Assembly (NCBI RefSeq): GCF_001029435.1
Contig: NZ_LDOV01000053.1
Location: 14,592-38,591, forward strand
Reading direction: 5' to 3'
Length of the DNA: 24,000 nt
From: Photobacterium aphoticum
Lineage (GTDB): Bacteria > Pseudomonadota > Gammaproteobacteria > Enterobacterales > Vibrionaceae
Numbering within the stretch: position 1 is the stretch's first letter; each line of letters opens with the position of its first letter. This document shows positions 1-8,031 of this stretch, in pieces. A program made the translations under genes and the position numbers. The notes under the pieces were generated by a model. It was given only the letters and a program-made list of their open reading frames with translations, did no database searches and was not told the DNA's origin.

Positions 1-85
1 AAGAGCGGCTCGAAAAGACGGCATCAGAAGATCCGCATACCATCAAAAGCGCGACATCAAAGACGCACTGATTGGTTTAGCTCGA

Positions 86-661
86 TTACACGTTAACACC
101 GTGCTCACGTGCCAATGCCGCTAGGCCGCCAGCAAAACCTTGACCCACAGCTTTGAATTTCCAATCACCATTGTGACGGTATAGCTCACCAAAGATCATT
201 GCCGTTTCAACAGACGCATCTTCAGACAAGTCAAAACGTGCGATTTCAGCGTTGTTATCGCTATTCACAATACGCATGTACGCGTTAGACACCTGACCGA
301 AGTTCTGGCTACGCACGTCAGCATCATGAATGGTCACGGCAAACACCAGTTTCTTCACTTCTGCTGGCACTTTATCAAAGCTGACAGTCACAGTTTCATC
401 ATCGCCGTCACCTTCGCCGGTGCGGTTGTCACCGTTGTGAACCACTGAGCCACATGCACTGGTGGTGTTGTTGAAGAAGATGAAGCTTGTATCAGACAAA
501 ACTTTGTTGTCATCGCCAACCATAAATACAGAACAGTCCAAGTCAAACTCTTGACCATCTGTTGCGCGTGCATCCCAGCCTAGGCCAGACAGTGCCACTT
601 TCATGGTTGGGGCTTCTTTGGTAAGAGAGACGTTACCGCCTTTAACTAATGAAACAGCCAT
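86..661 (-). CDS. terE: TerD-family stress/tellurite-resistance protein, TerE-like (191 aa)
   Basis: ORF 86..706 trimmed to the ATG at 661. The product then begins [13 protein letters not shown], the canonical TerD/TerE N-terminus, with an AAGGA Shine-Dalgarno 6 nt upstream. It carries the TerD Ca-binding signature [13 protein letters not shown] and the C-terminal block [19 protein letters not shown]. It is the last gene in a Z-A-B-C-D-E order. Confidence 0.9.
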   Translation of the reverse strand: MAVSLVKGGNVSLTKEAPTMKVALSGLGWDARATDGQEFDLDCSVFMVGDDNKVLSDTSFIFFNNTTSACGSVVHNGDNRTGEGDGDDETVTVSFDKVPAEVKKLVFAVTIHDADVRSQNFGQVSNAYMRIVNSDNNAEIARFDLSEDASVETAMIFGELYRHNGDWKFKAVGQGFAGGLAALAREHGVNV

Positions 662-761
662 GTTCATTCCTTTTTGATGACAATTAAAATCAAAATACGT
701 GTACATTCACACGCAATGCGGGGAAGTTGCCCTCCCCCTGTTTGTTACTCATTAACAGCAA

Positions 762-1340
762 TTAAGACGCGTTGATGCCATATTGGGCACACATCGCGCC
801 AAGGCCGCCGCTGTAGCCTTGACCTACTGCACGGAATTTCCACTCACCATTGTGACGGTATAACTCACCAAAAATCATAGCGGTTTCCGTTGAGGCATCT
901 TCCGTCAAATCGTAACGCGCCACTTCCACATTGGTGTCTTCATTCACAATACGCATGAACGCATTGCTTACCTGACCAAAGCTCTGACGGCGCGTCATCG
1001 CATCGTGGATAGTGACAGTGAAAGCAATCTTCGTCACATCCGTGGGTACGTTATTCAACTCCACGATCAAGGACTCATCATCCCCGTCGCCTTCACCGGT
1101 ACGGTTATCACCGGTATGCACAACCGAGCCATCCAGAGAACGCAGGTTGTTGTAAAAAATGAAATCATTGTCGTGACGGACGCGGCCCATGTCTGACAAC
1201 AGGAACGCTGAACCATCAAGGTCGAAGTCCTGTCCGTCTGTGGCGCGTGTATCCCAACCCAGCCCCACGCGAACACGCACAAGGGATGGATCGGTTTTAC
1301 TCAGTGAAACATTACCGCCTTTAGATAATGAAACGCCCAT
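762..1340 (-). CDS. terD: TerD tellurite/stress-resistance protein (192 aa)
   Basis: Begins [15 protein letters not shown], contains [13 protein letters not shown] and ends [22 protein letters not shown], closely matching my recollection of plasmid/O157 TerD. An AAGGAAG SD lies about 7 nt upstream of the ATG at 1340. It sits 32 nt downstream of terC. Confidence 0.92.
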   Translation of the reverse strand: MGVSLSKGGNVSLSKTDPSLVRVRVGLGWDTRATDGQDFDLDGSAFLLSDMGRVRHDNDFIFYNNLRSLDGSVVHTGDNRTGEGDGDDESLIVELNNVPTDVTKIAFTVTIHDAMTRRQSFGQVSNAFMRIVNEDTNVEVARYDLTEDASTETAMIFGELYRHNGEWKFRAVGQGYSGGLGAMCAQYGINAS

Positions 1341-1372
1341 TCATGTCTTCCTTTTCATTTATCAACTTGGCA

Positions 1373-2419
1373 TTAAGCCGGTTTAGAGGTCTGTTCTTCG
1401 TCTTTCTTCTCAGGGAAGAGATAGCTGGCCAGTACACCCGCAACCAACACCGTGATCACCACAATCAAGCTGGTGGTAGCAGAAATGGTGTATTCATGGC
1501 CGAACAAATGAGAGGTCGCATTGAGGCCCAACTTACCTGCAATGAAGAACAACAATGCAATCACCGCTTTTTCAAGGTGGATCAGGTACTGCTTCATGGC
1601 TTCGAGAACGAAGTACAAGGTACGCAAACCCAAAATGGCAAACATCATGGCGCTGTAGACAATCAATGGCTCACGGCTGACCGCGATCACGGCCGGTACC
1701 GAGTCAAACGCAAACATCACGTCAGACAATTCCACCACCGCCAGACACAACAACAATGGCGTTGCGTAATATTTCGCCTTGCTAGTGCGGCCAACGGTCA
1801 CGTCTGCGTTCTCTGGTTTTGCCAGTTCTTCATCAACGTCTTTTTGTTTGATCAGGAAGTTATTACCTTTGATCTTTGGCCATACCGGAAACAGACGCTT
1901 CACTGCGCGGTACGCCAAATGCTGGGAATAATCTTCCACTTCGTCTTCCTGATCACCGCTGCGCAGCATCATCACCGCCGTCCAGGCCACCATCAGGGCA
2001 AAGACCACTTCCACCCAAGGGCCCAGCGCCAGCAAGCTGGTACCGATAGCGACAAAGATCCCCCGGAACACGATGGCACCGATGATCCCCCAGTAGAGGA
2101 TGCGGTGGCGGTACTTGTCAGGGACAGAGAACCAGGTAAAGATCGCCATGATCACAAACAAGTTATCGACGGAGAGCACTTTCTCCAGGGCATAACCGGT
2201 CACAAAGAGACTAGCAACTTCTAGTCCGTGGTGTAGATACAAGAACCCGGCGAAAGCAAAGGCCACAACAATCCAGAAAATGGACCACATAATGGCGCTT
2301 TTCAGCGGGATCACCTTGTCGTCACGGTGCATGTATAAATCGATTAAAATCGCACCGACTGACAAGCATACAAAGACCAATACGGTCTCAATGGGAAAAC
2401 CGATATGCGTTGATTCCAT
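1373..2419 (-). CDS. terC: TerC-family integral membrane protein (348 aa)
   Basis: Polytopic hydrophobic protein with the two acidic TerC-type motifs LSVDNLFV and ELSDVMFAFDSVPAV. It lies between terB and terD, 16 nt after the terB stop. Confidence 0.88.
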   Translation of the reverse strand: MESTHIGFPIETVLVFVCLSVGAILIDLYMHRDDKVIPLKSAIMWSIFWIVVAFAFAGFLYLHHGLEVASLFVTGYALEKVLSVDNLFVIMAIFTWFSVPDKYRHRILYWGIIGAIVFRGIFVAIGTSLLALGPWVEVVFALMVAWTAVMMLRSGDQEDEVEDYSQHLAYRAVKRLFPVWPKIKGNNFLIKQKDVDEELAKPENADVTVGRTSKAKYYATPLLLCLAVVELSDVMFAFDSVPAVIAVSREPLIVYSAMMFAILGLRTLYFVLEAMKQYLIHLEKAVIALLFFIAGKLGLNATSHLFGHEYTISATTSLIVVITVLVAGVLASYLFPEKKDEEQTSKPA

Positions 2420-2435
2420 GTTTATAACTACCTAA

Positions 2436-2891
2436 TTACAGATGATATTCATCTGTTGAGAATCCCAATGCCTGGCAAATTTCACGGGCGATGGCTTTTT
2501 CCTGATCATCAAAATCGCCGTCACTTTTTGCCACCGCAATGCCGACACGTAGCGCTAACTGCGCCGCATCCGGCTGATCTTTCAAGCGCATCACATATTT
2601 CATCGCTTCGCCTTTACCGATATCGACATCAAATTCAAAACCGGTTGCCAGCTCATTGAAGAAAGCGATGACTTCTTGCACATCAAACACAGCTAAGTCT
2701 TTTGACTGCTGAATAAAGCCCACCATTTTTTGCTTTTCTTCTGCGCTCGCTCCGTTCGATGCCATGCTGATGCACGCACAGACCGCCACAGTCCCTTCCA
2801 TGAATTTGCGATTTTTAAAACGGCTCACTTGGCTCGCTAATTCACTCTGACCCGCAGAGACTGCATTTTTAATCTTGTTAAAAATTGACAT
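2436..2891 (-). CDS. terB: TerB tellurite-resistance protein (151 aa)
   Basis: ORF 2436..2939 trimmed to the ATG at 2891 (MSIFNKIKNAVSAGQ...), which has an AAGGA SD upstream and removes an overlap with the terA 3' end. The 151-aa size and the helical, acidic sequence (DGDFDDQEKAIAREI) fit TerB. Confidence 0.85.
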   Translation of the reverse strand: MSIFNKIKNAVSAGQSELASQVSRFKNRKFMEGTVAVCACISMASNGASAEEKQKMVGFIQQSKDLAVFDVQEVIAFFNELATGFEFDVDIGKGEAMKYVMRLKDQPDAAQLALRVGIAVAKSDGDFDDQEKAIAREICQALGFSTDEYHL

Positions 2892-2901
2892 AGTTATTTC
2901 C

Positions 2902-4110
2902 TTATTTGCTGCCGGCACGCCACCGGAAACCCCAACCAAATGCGCTGTCTAGCTCTTCGTGTCCGGAGAAATAACGGTCTAAACGCTGCACCGTAATTAC
3001 CCCGTTATCGTTGATCAATCGCGCAACGGCACACATACACTTGGTACGTCCACCCTCGGTCAAGCGAGTTTCTACTGGCGGTTCGTTTGGCACGGTGATC
3101 GTCACCGCACCATCGGTTTTGGTCCAATCCGGTACGCCCTGATAAATGAAGGCAAACACCAGCACTTCCGAAATGTGTTTCCAGTTGTCCCCGTTAATGT
3201 GTAGCCATTCACCGCTCTGAGAGGCCCCGGTGCGATCATCTTCCAGCAAGCGCACAAACGGCGGCCTGTTGAGATCACCAAACCGATTACCCAACGCCTG
3301 CACAATGTCGGCACTGCCATCTTTCATCCGCACAAACGCCCCGAGATCCAAATCCACTCCAGACGAACCAAAAATCCCGCTCAAGAAACCTTGGCCATTG
3401 TGGGTACCACGGTGCCAATTCAAATTCACTTTGATCAGCCCGTAATCCTGGCGTTTGGTTAAATTGACACTCGGATTCTGCTTGGTCAGCGATATCTTGC
3501 TCAGGTTAATCGTTGGCGATGGTGCCTGACCGGCCTGAGCCGCTGTTGATGAAGAAGGCACAGGAGAACCAACAGGCGGTGTCGTTGATGGCGGCGGCGA
3601 GGCAGGCGTTTGATCTTCATCCACCACCACACCATAAAACTCCGCCAGCGGTTTCAAACCACCGTTAAAGCCCTGTGCGACAAAGCGGAATTTCCACTGA
3701 CCATTGCGGCGATAACATTCACCCAAGATCAGCGCCCCTTCCGTTCTGGCTTGCATCTCGACATTCGCCTGAATATGAACCTGTCCAGCCTGCTCGATTT
3801 GAATCGTGATATGGCCCAAGGTAGACACCGTCTGGCCCGGATTGCAGGTACAGGTAAACGCCACCTTCTCGATATTGGCCGGCAGGCGATTCACATTCAG
3901 GGAGTACGAGGTATTCGTGCCTTCACTACGCAGCACCACGGCCTGCTCACGACACGCACGTTGACCGTAAAAGATCATGTCTGCGTCATGGGCCACTTTG
4001 CCATTGGCCTGCAAACGAAACGCAGACACATCGACGGGCTTTCCGGTAAGCACCCGCACGGTCAACTCACCGGCCGGAACCGGTGAATTTCCACCCGCTA
4101 TCAGTAACAT
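2902..4110 (-). CDS. terA: TerA: two degenerate TerD-like domains joined by a Pro/Ser/Thr-rich linker (402 aa)
   Basis: The N-terminal half ends GECYRRNGQWKFRFVAQGFNGGL, a TerD-type C-terminal block, but lacks the [13 protein letters not shown] site. The C-terminal half has VDLDLGAF and a degraded LEDDRTGASQSGE. The gene lies between terZ and terB, 6 nt after the terZ stop. Confidence 0.82.
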   Translation of the reverse strand: MLLIAGGNSPVPAGELTVRVLTGKPVDVSAFRLQANGKVAHDADMIFYGQRACREQAVVLRSEGTNTSYSLNVNRLPANIEKVAFTCTCNPGQTVSTLGHITIQIEQAGQVHIQANVEMQARTEGALILGECYRRNGQWKFRFVAQGFNGGLKPLAEFYGVVVDEDQTPASPPPSTTPPVGSPVPSSSTAAQAGQAPSPTINLSKISLTKQNPSVNLTKRQDYGLIKVNLNWHRGTHNGQGFLSGIFGSSGVDLDLGAFVRMKDGSADIVQALGNRFGDLNRPPFVRLLEDDRTGASQSGEWLHINGDNWKHISEVLVFAFIYQGVPDWTKTDGAVTITVPNEPPVETRLTEGGRTKCMCAVARLINDNGVITVQRLDRYFSGHEELDSAFGWGFRWRAGSK

Positions 4111-4116
4111 GACACG

Positions 4117-4707
4117 TTACACCAGCGCGTTTTTGATCACCGGGATCATGTCTTCCACGGTACGGCCCTGACAAGGCAGCCCGTGCGCCGTGAAGGACCA
4201 GTCACCGCCCTGGCGGGCCAGTGACGCAATCAAAATACCGGAATGTGGACCTTGTTCATTCAGTTTGTAATGACACACTTCCTGCTGACCGCTTGTCGTA
4301 TTCACGACACGACAGAACGCATTTTCGACTTCATTGAAAGTCTGCCCACGGAAGCTGTTTACCGTCACGGCTAAAAATGCCACGTTGCTTGGCAAAGCAT
4401 TCAGGTTCACGTCGATCACTTCATCATCGCCGTCCCCTTCGCCCGTCATGTTATCGCCACGGTGACGCACGGAACCACAACGGGAATTCAGTTGCTGGAA
4501 CCATACAAGATCAATCGGGTTGCCTTGCGCATCAAACAATACGCATGACGCATCCAAATCAATAGAATCTGATCCGCCAAACAGGCCGCCAAAAAAGCCG
4601 GCTTTCTTTTTAATCGGATCCCAACCAAGACCAATAGCGATCGTCGATAACGCAGAACCTGCTGTTTTCGCTAAAGAAACAGATTGATTTTTACTTAATG
4701 AAACCAA
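4117..4707 (-). CDS. terZ: TerZ, TerD-family protein (196 aa), TTG start
   Basis: ORF 4117..4872 trimmed to the TTG at 4707. The minus-strand reading is AAGGAG-ATTCAC-TTG GTT TCA TTA AGT AAA, giving (M)VSLSKNQSVSLAK, the TerZ/TerD-type N-terminus. The upstream 55 codons are AT-rich read-through with no SD. Contains [13 protein letters not shown]. Confidence 0.82.
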   Translation of the reverse strand: MVSLSKNQSVSLAKTAGSALSTIAIGLGWDPIKKKAGFFGGLFGGSDSIDLDASCVLFDAQGNPIDLVWFQQLNSRCGSVRHRGDNMTGEGDGDDEVIDVNLNALPSNVAFLAVTVNSFRGQTFNEVENAFCRVVNTTSGQQEVCHYKLNEQGPHSGILIASLARQGGDWSFTAHGLPCQGRTVEDMIPVIKNALV

Positions 4708-4986
4708 GTGAATCTCCTTATTACGGGTGTAATAACGTCCATTCCATATATCAATAAAAATATCAACAAAGGGTATATTGCTGATAGCTTTAGATAAAAC
4801 ACTTAGCCACGTATACAACCTATGAGGATGTGCCTTTATAGATGTATTCGGTGAGTAAACACGATAATACATTAAATTTTATCTTGTGTTTCCCATTCTA
4901 TTAATGGCTGGAACAAATTTGTGATTATTCACGCAAATAAACTGTATTCGATGTGACAACCGCACCGTTGTATTGATAATCGCCTT
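4708..4986. promoter_or_regulatory. AT-rich divergent control region between terZ and the Ter-linked biosynthesis operon
   Basis: A 279-bp gap between two divergent start codons. A hand count of 4861-4920 gives 16/60 G+C (27%). It contains the palindrome GTGATTATTCAC (4921-4932) and a 7-bp direct repeat ATATCAA (4748-4754 and 4760-4766). I could not identify promoter hexamers convincingly. Confidence 0.5.
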
Positions 4987-6153
4987 ATGAATATTTCGCC
5001 CTCTGTCACGACTGAATTATCCACTATGATGAATAAAAGAAATCAACCGCTTTCGACGGGCACCATTGCCATGCAGATTGCCAAAGGTAAATGGCAAGAT
5101 ACTGATTTATTTGAGTTTGCAGAAAGAAAAAACCCGAAGCGCGCGTTCTTATTTGTCAGCAAAATTCTGGGTAAACATATCCCTGTTTCTCCTCGTAAAA
5201 TGCGATCCGCTTATCAGGATTTAGCACAACAAATACCTGAAAATATTCCCGAGCCCATCTTATTTATCGGCATGGCAGAAACCGCCGTGGGTTTAGCGGG
5301 CGGAATATATGAAGAAGCGAGAAAGAAATACCCAAACAGTTTGTTATTAACCACTACACGCCACCCGATTGACAGTGAATTATTGTGTGAATTTAAAGAA
5401 GAACATTCGCATGCTACTGACCATTTGATTTATATTCCTGACGGTGAAAACAAAATATCTTTTTGCACAAAATTTCGGACGCTGATCTTAATTGATGATG
5501 AATCCACAACAGGTCGAACATTTCATAATTTAATTTCATCTTTATTTCATGCCGGTCTTCGTGGCATTTCACAAATATTCACTGTGACTCTGACTGATTG
5601 GTCGGGCGATGTCTTGTCCCACCAGCATGATATGCCTATTACCTCCTTGGCATTAATGCGAGGCCAATGGGAATGGCACCCTGATCCCTCCGCGCCACTG
5701 CCGACCATGCCCAATGTGAATGTGACAGAAAAAGGCGCAGCCATGCTCTCAAGTCGTCAGGATTGGGGACGACGGGGGATGGCAGCCTATGACGGTACAG
5801 GTTGGCTAAACCGTTACAGTGCCTCGCCTGGCGAGCGCATTTTAGTGCTGGGCACCGGGGAATTCCTGTATCCGCCCTTTTTACTGGCCGAACAGTTAGA
5901 GCAGCAAGGGGCAGAGGTGCGCTTTAGCTCCACCACACGTTCCCCGATTGCCGAAGGGTTAGCGATTCAGTCCAGTCTCGCCTTTACCGACAACTATGGC
6001 CTGAATATCCCTAACTACTGTTACAACGTTGCCCATCAAACGTTTGATCGGATCATCGTCTGTACCGAAACCCGCGATTGCGATCTGGATCCGGCGTTCC
6101 TCGCCGCACTCGCCAATGTCGCTACCACCGTGGAGGTCGCCGTGTATGACTAA
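4987..6153 (+). CDS. Phosphoribosyltransferase (PRTase_2-type) fused to a C-terminal TRSP domain (388 aa)
   Basis: Type I PRPP-binding loop TLILIDDESTTGRTF (nt 5482-5520). The C-terminal half carries the eponymous T-R-S-P motif (FSSTTRSPI, nt 5935-5946) after a Rossmann-like ILVLGTGEF. It is the first gene of the operon divergent from terZ. The start at 4987 has no clear SD; ATGs at codons 14/15 are alternatives. Confidence 0.75.
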   Translation: MNISPSVTTELSTMMNKRNQPLSTGTIAMQIAKGKWQDTDLFEFAERKNPKRAFLFVSKILGKHIPVSPRKMRSAYQDLAQQIPENIPEPILFIGMAETAVGLAGGIYEEARKKYPNSLLLTTTRHPIDSELLCEFKEEHSHATDHLIYIPDGENKISFCTKFRTLILIDDESTTGRTFHNLISSLFHAGLRGISQIFTVTLTDWSGDVLSHQHDMPITSLALMRGQWEWHPDPSAPLPTMPNVNVTEKGAAMLSSRQDWGRRGMAAYDGTGWLNRYSASPGERILVLGTGEFLYPPFLLAEQLEQQGAEVRFSSTTRSPIAEGLAIQSSLAFTDNYGLNIPNYCYNVAHQTFDRIIVCTETRDCDLDPAFLAALANVATTVEVAVYD

Positions 6154-6955
6154 GCCCCTGTTTTTGGTTGATCTGGACGACAACCTATTCCAAACCCAAC
6201 GCAAGATGACGCAGAAAGGGCAAACACCGGCTGAAACCGCCGCCCTTGATCGCGCCCTGAAACCTCGCAGTTTTTTCTCACAAGAACAGGCTAACTTTGT
6301 GCATTGGCTGTTGGAACATGCCGATGTGATTCCGGTAACAGCGCGAGGCACCGAAGAAACCGCCCGCGTAACCATTCCCTTTACCTCATGGAAAGTGATG
6401 ACCCATGGTGCGGTGATCACTATGCCGGATGATCAGCCAGATCCTCAATGGCAAGATCAGATCCAAACCGCACTGATCCCTTATCAGCAGCAACTACACG
6501 ATCGTCAAGCCGCGCTGACCGCTGCGTTTAACGCCGCCAATATTGACGCATGGGCGCGCATTAACTTCGAATACGACGGTCAGGCCATCTACTTAGTGGC
6601 TAAACACACCGACAGCAGCAAGATTGACGAATTGTATGCGGTGGCGGATCAGGTCGACCGTGAACTGGGCACCGACGGCTTTTACATTCACCGTAACGAC
6701 AACAATATCGCCTGGCTGCCGCACTGCATTGAAAAAGGCAAAGCCACCCGTTACCTCATCGACAAACTGCGTGCCGACGAGCCGCACAAACCCATTATCG
6801 GATTAGGCGACAGCTTAAGTGACATGACTTTCTTACGTCAGTGCTCCTGGTTTGGCATGCCGCCACACAGCCAGTTGTCCAAACCGCTGTTGGATTTTAT
6901 CGATGCCGAACACGGCTCAACTCAACCCACAACGACCAAGTGGAATAATGTATGA
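6146..6955 (+). CDS. HAD-superfamily phosphatase (269 aa)
   Basis: ORF 6029..6955 trimmed to the ATG at 6146 (MTKPLFLVDLDDNLF). HAD motif I is DLDDN, motif II is VIPVTARG and motif IV is GLGDSLSDMTF. The start overlaps the upstream stop (ATGACTAA, 8-nt overlap). Confidence 0.78.
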   Translation: MTKPLFLVDLDDNLFQTQRKMTQKGQTPAETAALDRALKPRSFFSQEQANFVHWLLEHADVIPVTARGTEETARVTIPFTSWKVMTHGAVITMPDDQPDPQWQDQIQTALIPYQQQLHDRQAALTAAFNAANIDAWARINFEYDGQAIYLVAKHTDSSKIDELYAVADQVDRELGTDGFYIHRNDNNIAWLPHCIEKGKATRYLIDKLRADEPHKPIIGLGDSLSDMTFLRQCSWFGMPPHSQLSKPLLDFIDAEHGSTQPTTTKWNNV

Positions 6956-8031
6956 CGACGTTTTCCGGTGCTTATTCACCCAACGATATCACCTTTCTGC
7001 TTACACCTATCGACATGGTCATGACCTCGGTGGAAGAAAAGGAACGGTTAATCCAATCTGGTCAGGCACATTACTCAGACATGCTCAGCCAAGAGCCGGC
7101 ACCGTCTGACGAACATTTGTCGATTTATGCTCAAGCCTTAGCCGACGGCGAACAGCGTCTGGCGAAAGAAGTGATGGTACTTGCCCTACAACTGCGCGAA
7201 CACTTTGCCGATAAACCGGTGGTGCTGACCAGCTTGGTCCGTGCGGGGGTGCCTTTAGGGGTCATGCTGCACCGTGCGTTGCAACAACTGGGACACCCAT
7301 CTTTTCACTATGGGATCAGCATTATTCGTGACCGGGGCATTGATGACAAAGCCCTGTCTGAAATAGAAGCCAAACACGGTACAGACAGCATTGTGTTTGT
7401 CGATGGCTGGACCGGAAAAGGAGCGATCACTCGTCAGCTCACCGCTTCTTTATCACAGCGTAAAGGCTATCCCGCTCAACCGCGCTTAGTGGTGTTGGCG
7501 GACCCGTGTGGTATGGCATGGATGAGCGCATCTGATGAAGACTGGTTGATCCCGTTTGGTATTCTCGGCGCGCCGGTCTCCGGTTTAGTGTCTCGCTCGG
7601 TATGGGCCAGTGAGGATTATCACGGCTGCGTCATTTGCGATCATCTGGCTGACTATGAATGCAGTCGCGCACTGGTGGATCGCATCAGCGCATTGCAACG
7701 CAGCTTACACTCACAGGCTATCGACACCCTTACATGGCAAACACCGTCGCACGACCACCACACCACTTTGCAAACCCTCTCACAGCAAGTGTTAGACGAT
7801 TTGCAACAGGCTTATCAGGTCGACCATATCAATCGCATTAAGCCGGGCATTGCCGAAGCCACCCGCGCTGTATTACGCCGGGTGCCAGATCATGTGCTGG
7901 TGCGAGACAAGCAAGATCCGGATGTCAAACTGCTGGTGCATTTAGCCGAGAAAAAGCACATCACCGTGATTGAAGCCGGTTCACGCCTTGGCCAGTACCG
8001 CGCCACGACAATCATCAAGAAGGTATTATGA
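6952..8031 (+). CDS. Second PRTase-like protein (PRTase_1, annotated 'StiP cysteine protease' family) with a C-terminal PELOTA/L7Ae-like domain (359 aa)
   Basis: Has PRTase-like strand-loop elements VVLTSLVRAGVPLGVML and IVFVDGWTGKGAI. The C-terminal ~90 aa (RAVLRRVPDHVLVRDKQDPDVKLLVHLAEKKHITVIEAGSRLGQYRATTIIKK) look like the PELOTA-type module. The position between the HAD and C-C lyase genes matches the Ter-linked module. ATGA overlaps occur at both ends. The family call rests on recalled architecture, not a search. Confidence 0.6.
   Translation: MTTFSGAYSPNDITFLLTPIDMVMTSVEEKERLIQSGQAHYSDMLSQEPAPSDEHLSIYAQALADGEQRLAKEVMVLALQLREHFADKPVVLTSLVRAGVPLGVMLHRALQQLGHPSFHYGISIIRDRGIDDKALSEIEAKHGTDSIVFVDGWTGKGAITRQLTASLSQRKGYPAQPRLVVLADPCGMAWMSASDEDWLIPFGILGAPVSGLVSRSVWASEDYHGCVICDHLADYECSRALVDRISALQRSLHSQAIDTLTWQTPSHDHHTTLQTLSQQVLDDLQQAYQVDHINRIKPGIAEATRAVLRRVPDHVLVRDKQDPDVKLLVHLAEKKHITVIEAGSRLGQYRATTIIKKVL

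Noticed and set aside
1-85. Possible terF start, or the 3' end of a convergent plus-strand gene, at the left edge
   Set aside because: On the minus strand no ATG in 85..1 opens a TerD-like MxVSLxKG reading frame. On the plus strand frame 3 stays open to a TGA at 69-71 and frame 2 to a TAG near 120. With at most 40 codons visible, nothing can be called. The presence or absence of terF cannot be judged from this window.
1328-2224. 298-aa plus-strand ORF antisense to terC
   Set aside because: It lies entirely inside the well-supported terC gene on the opposite strand. The product is His/Arg/Gln-rich low-complexity sequence with no SD or recognisable motif. It is a typical shadow ORF.
3610-4086. 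158-aa plus-strand ORF antisense to terA, plus smaller ORFs at 3102-3445 and 3977-4171
   Set aside because: These are shadow ORFs within terA. They have Arg/His-rich composition, no ribosome-binding site and no family resemblance.
5959-6420. 153-aa minus-strand ORF spanning the PRTase/HAD junction
   Set aside because: It is antisense to two translationally coupled genes with clear motifs. It has no SD and an Arg/Ser-rich product.
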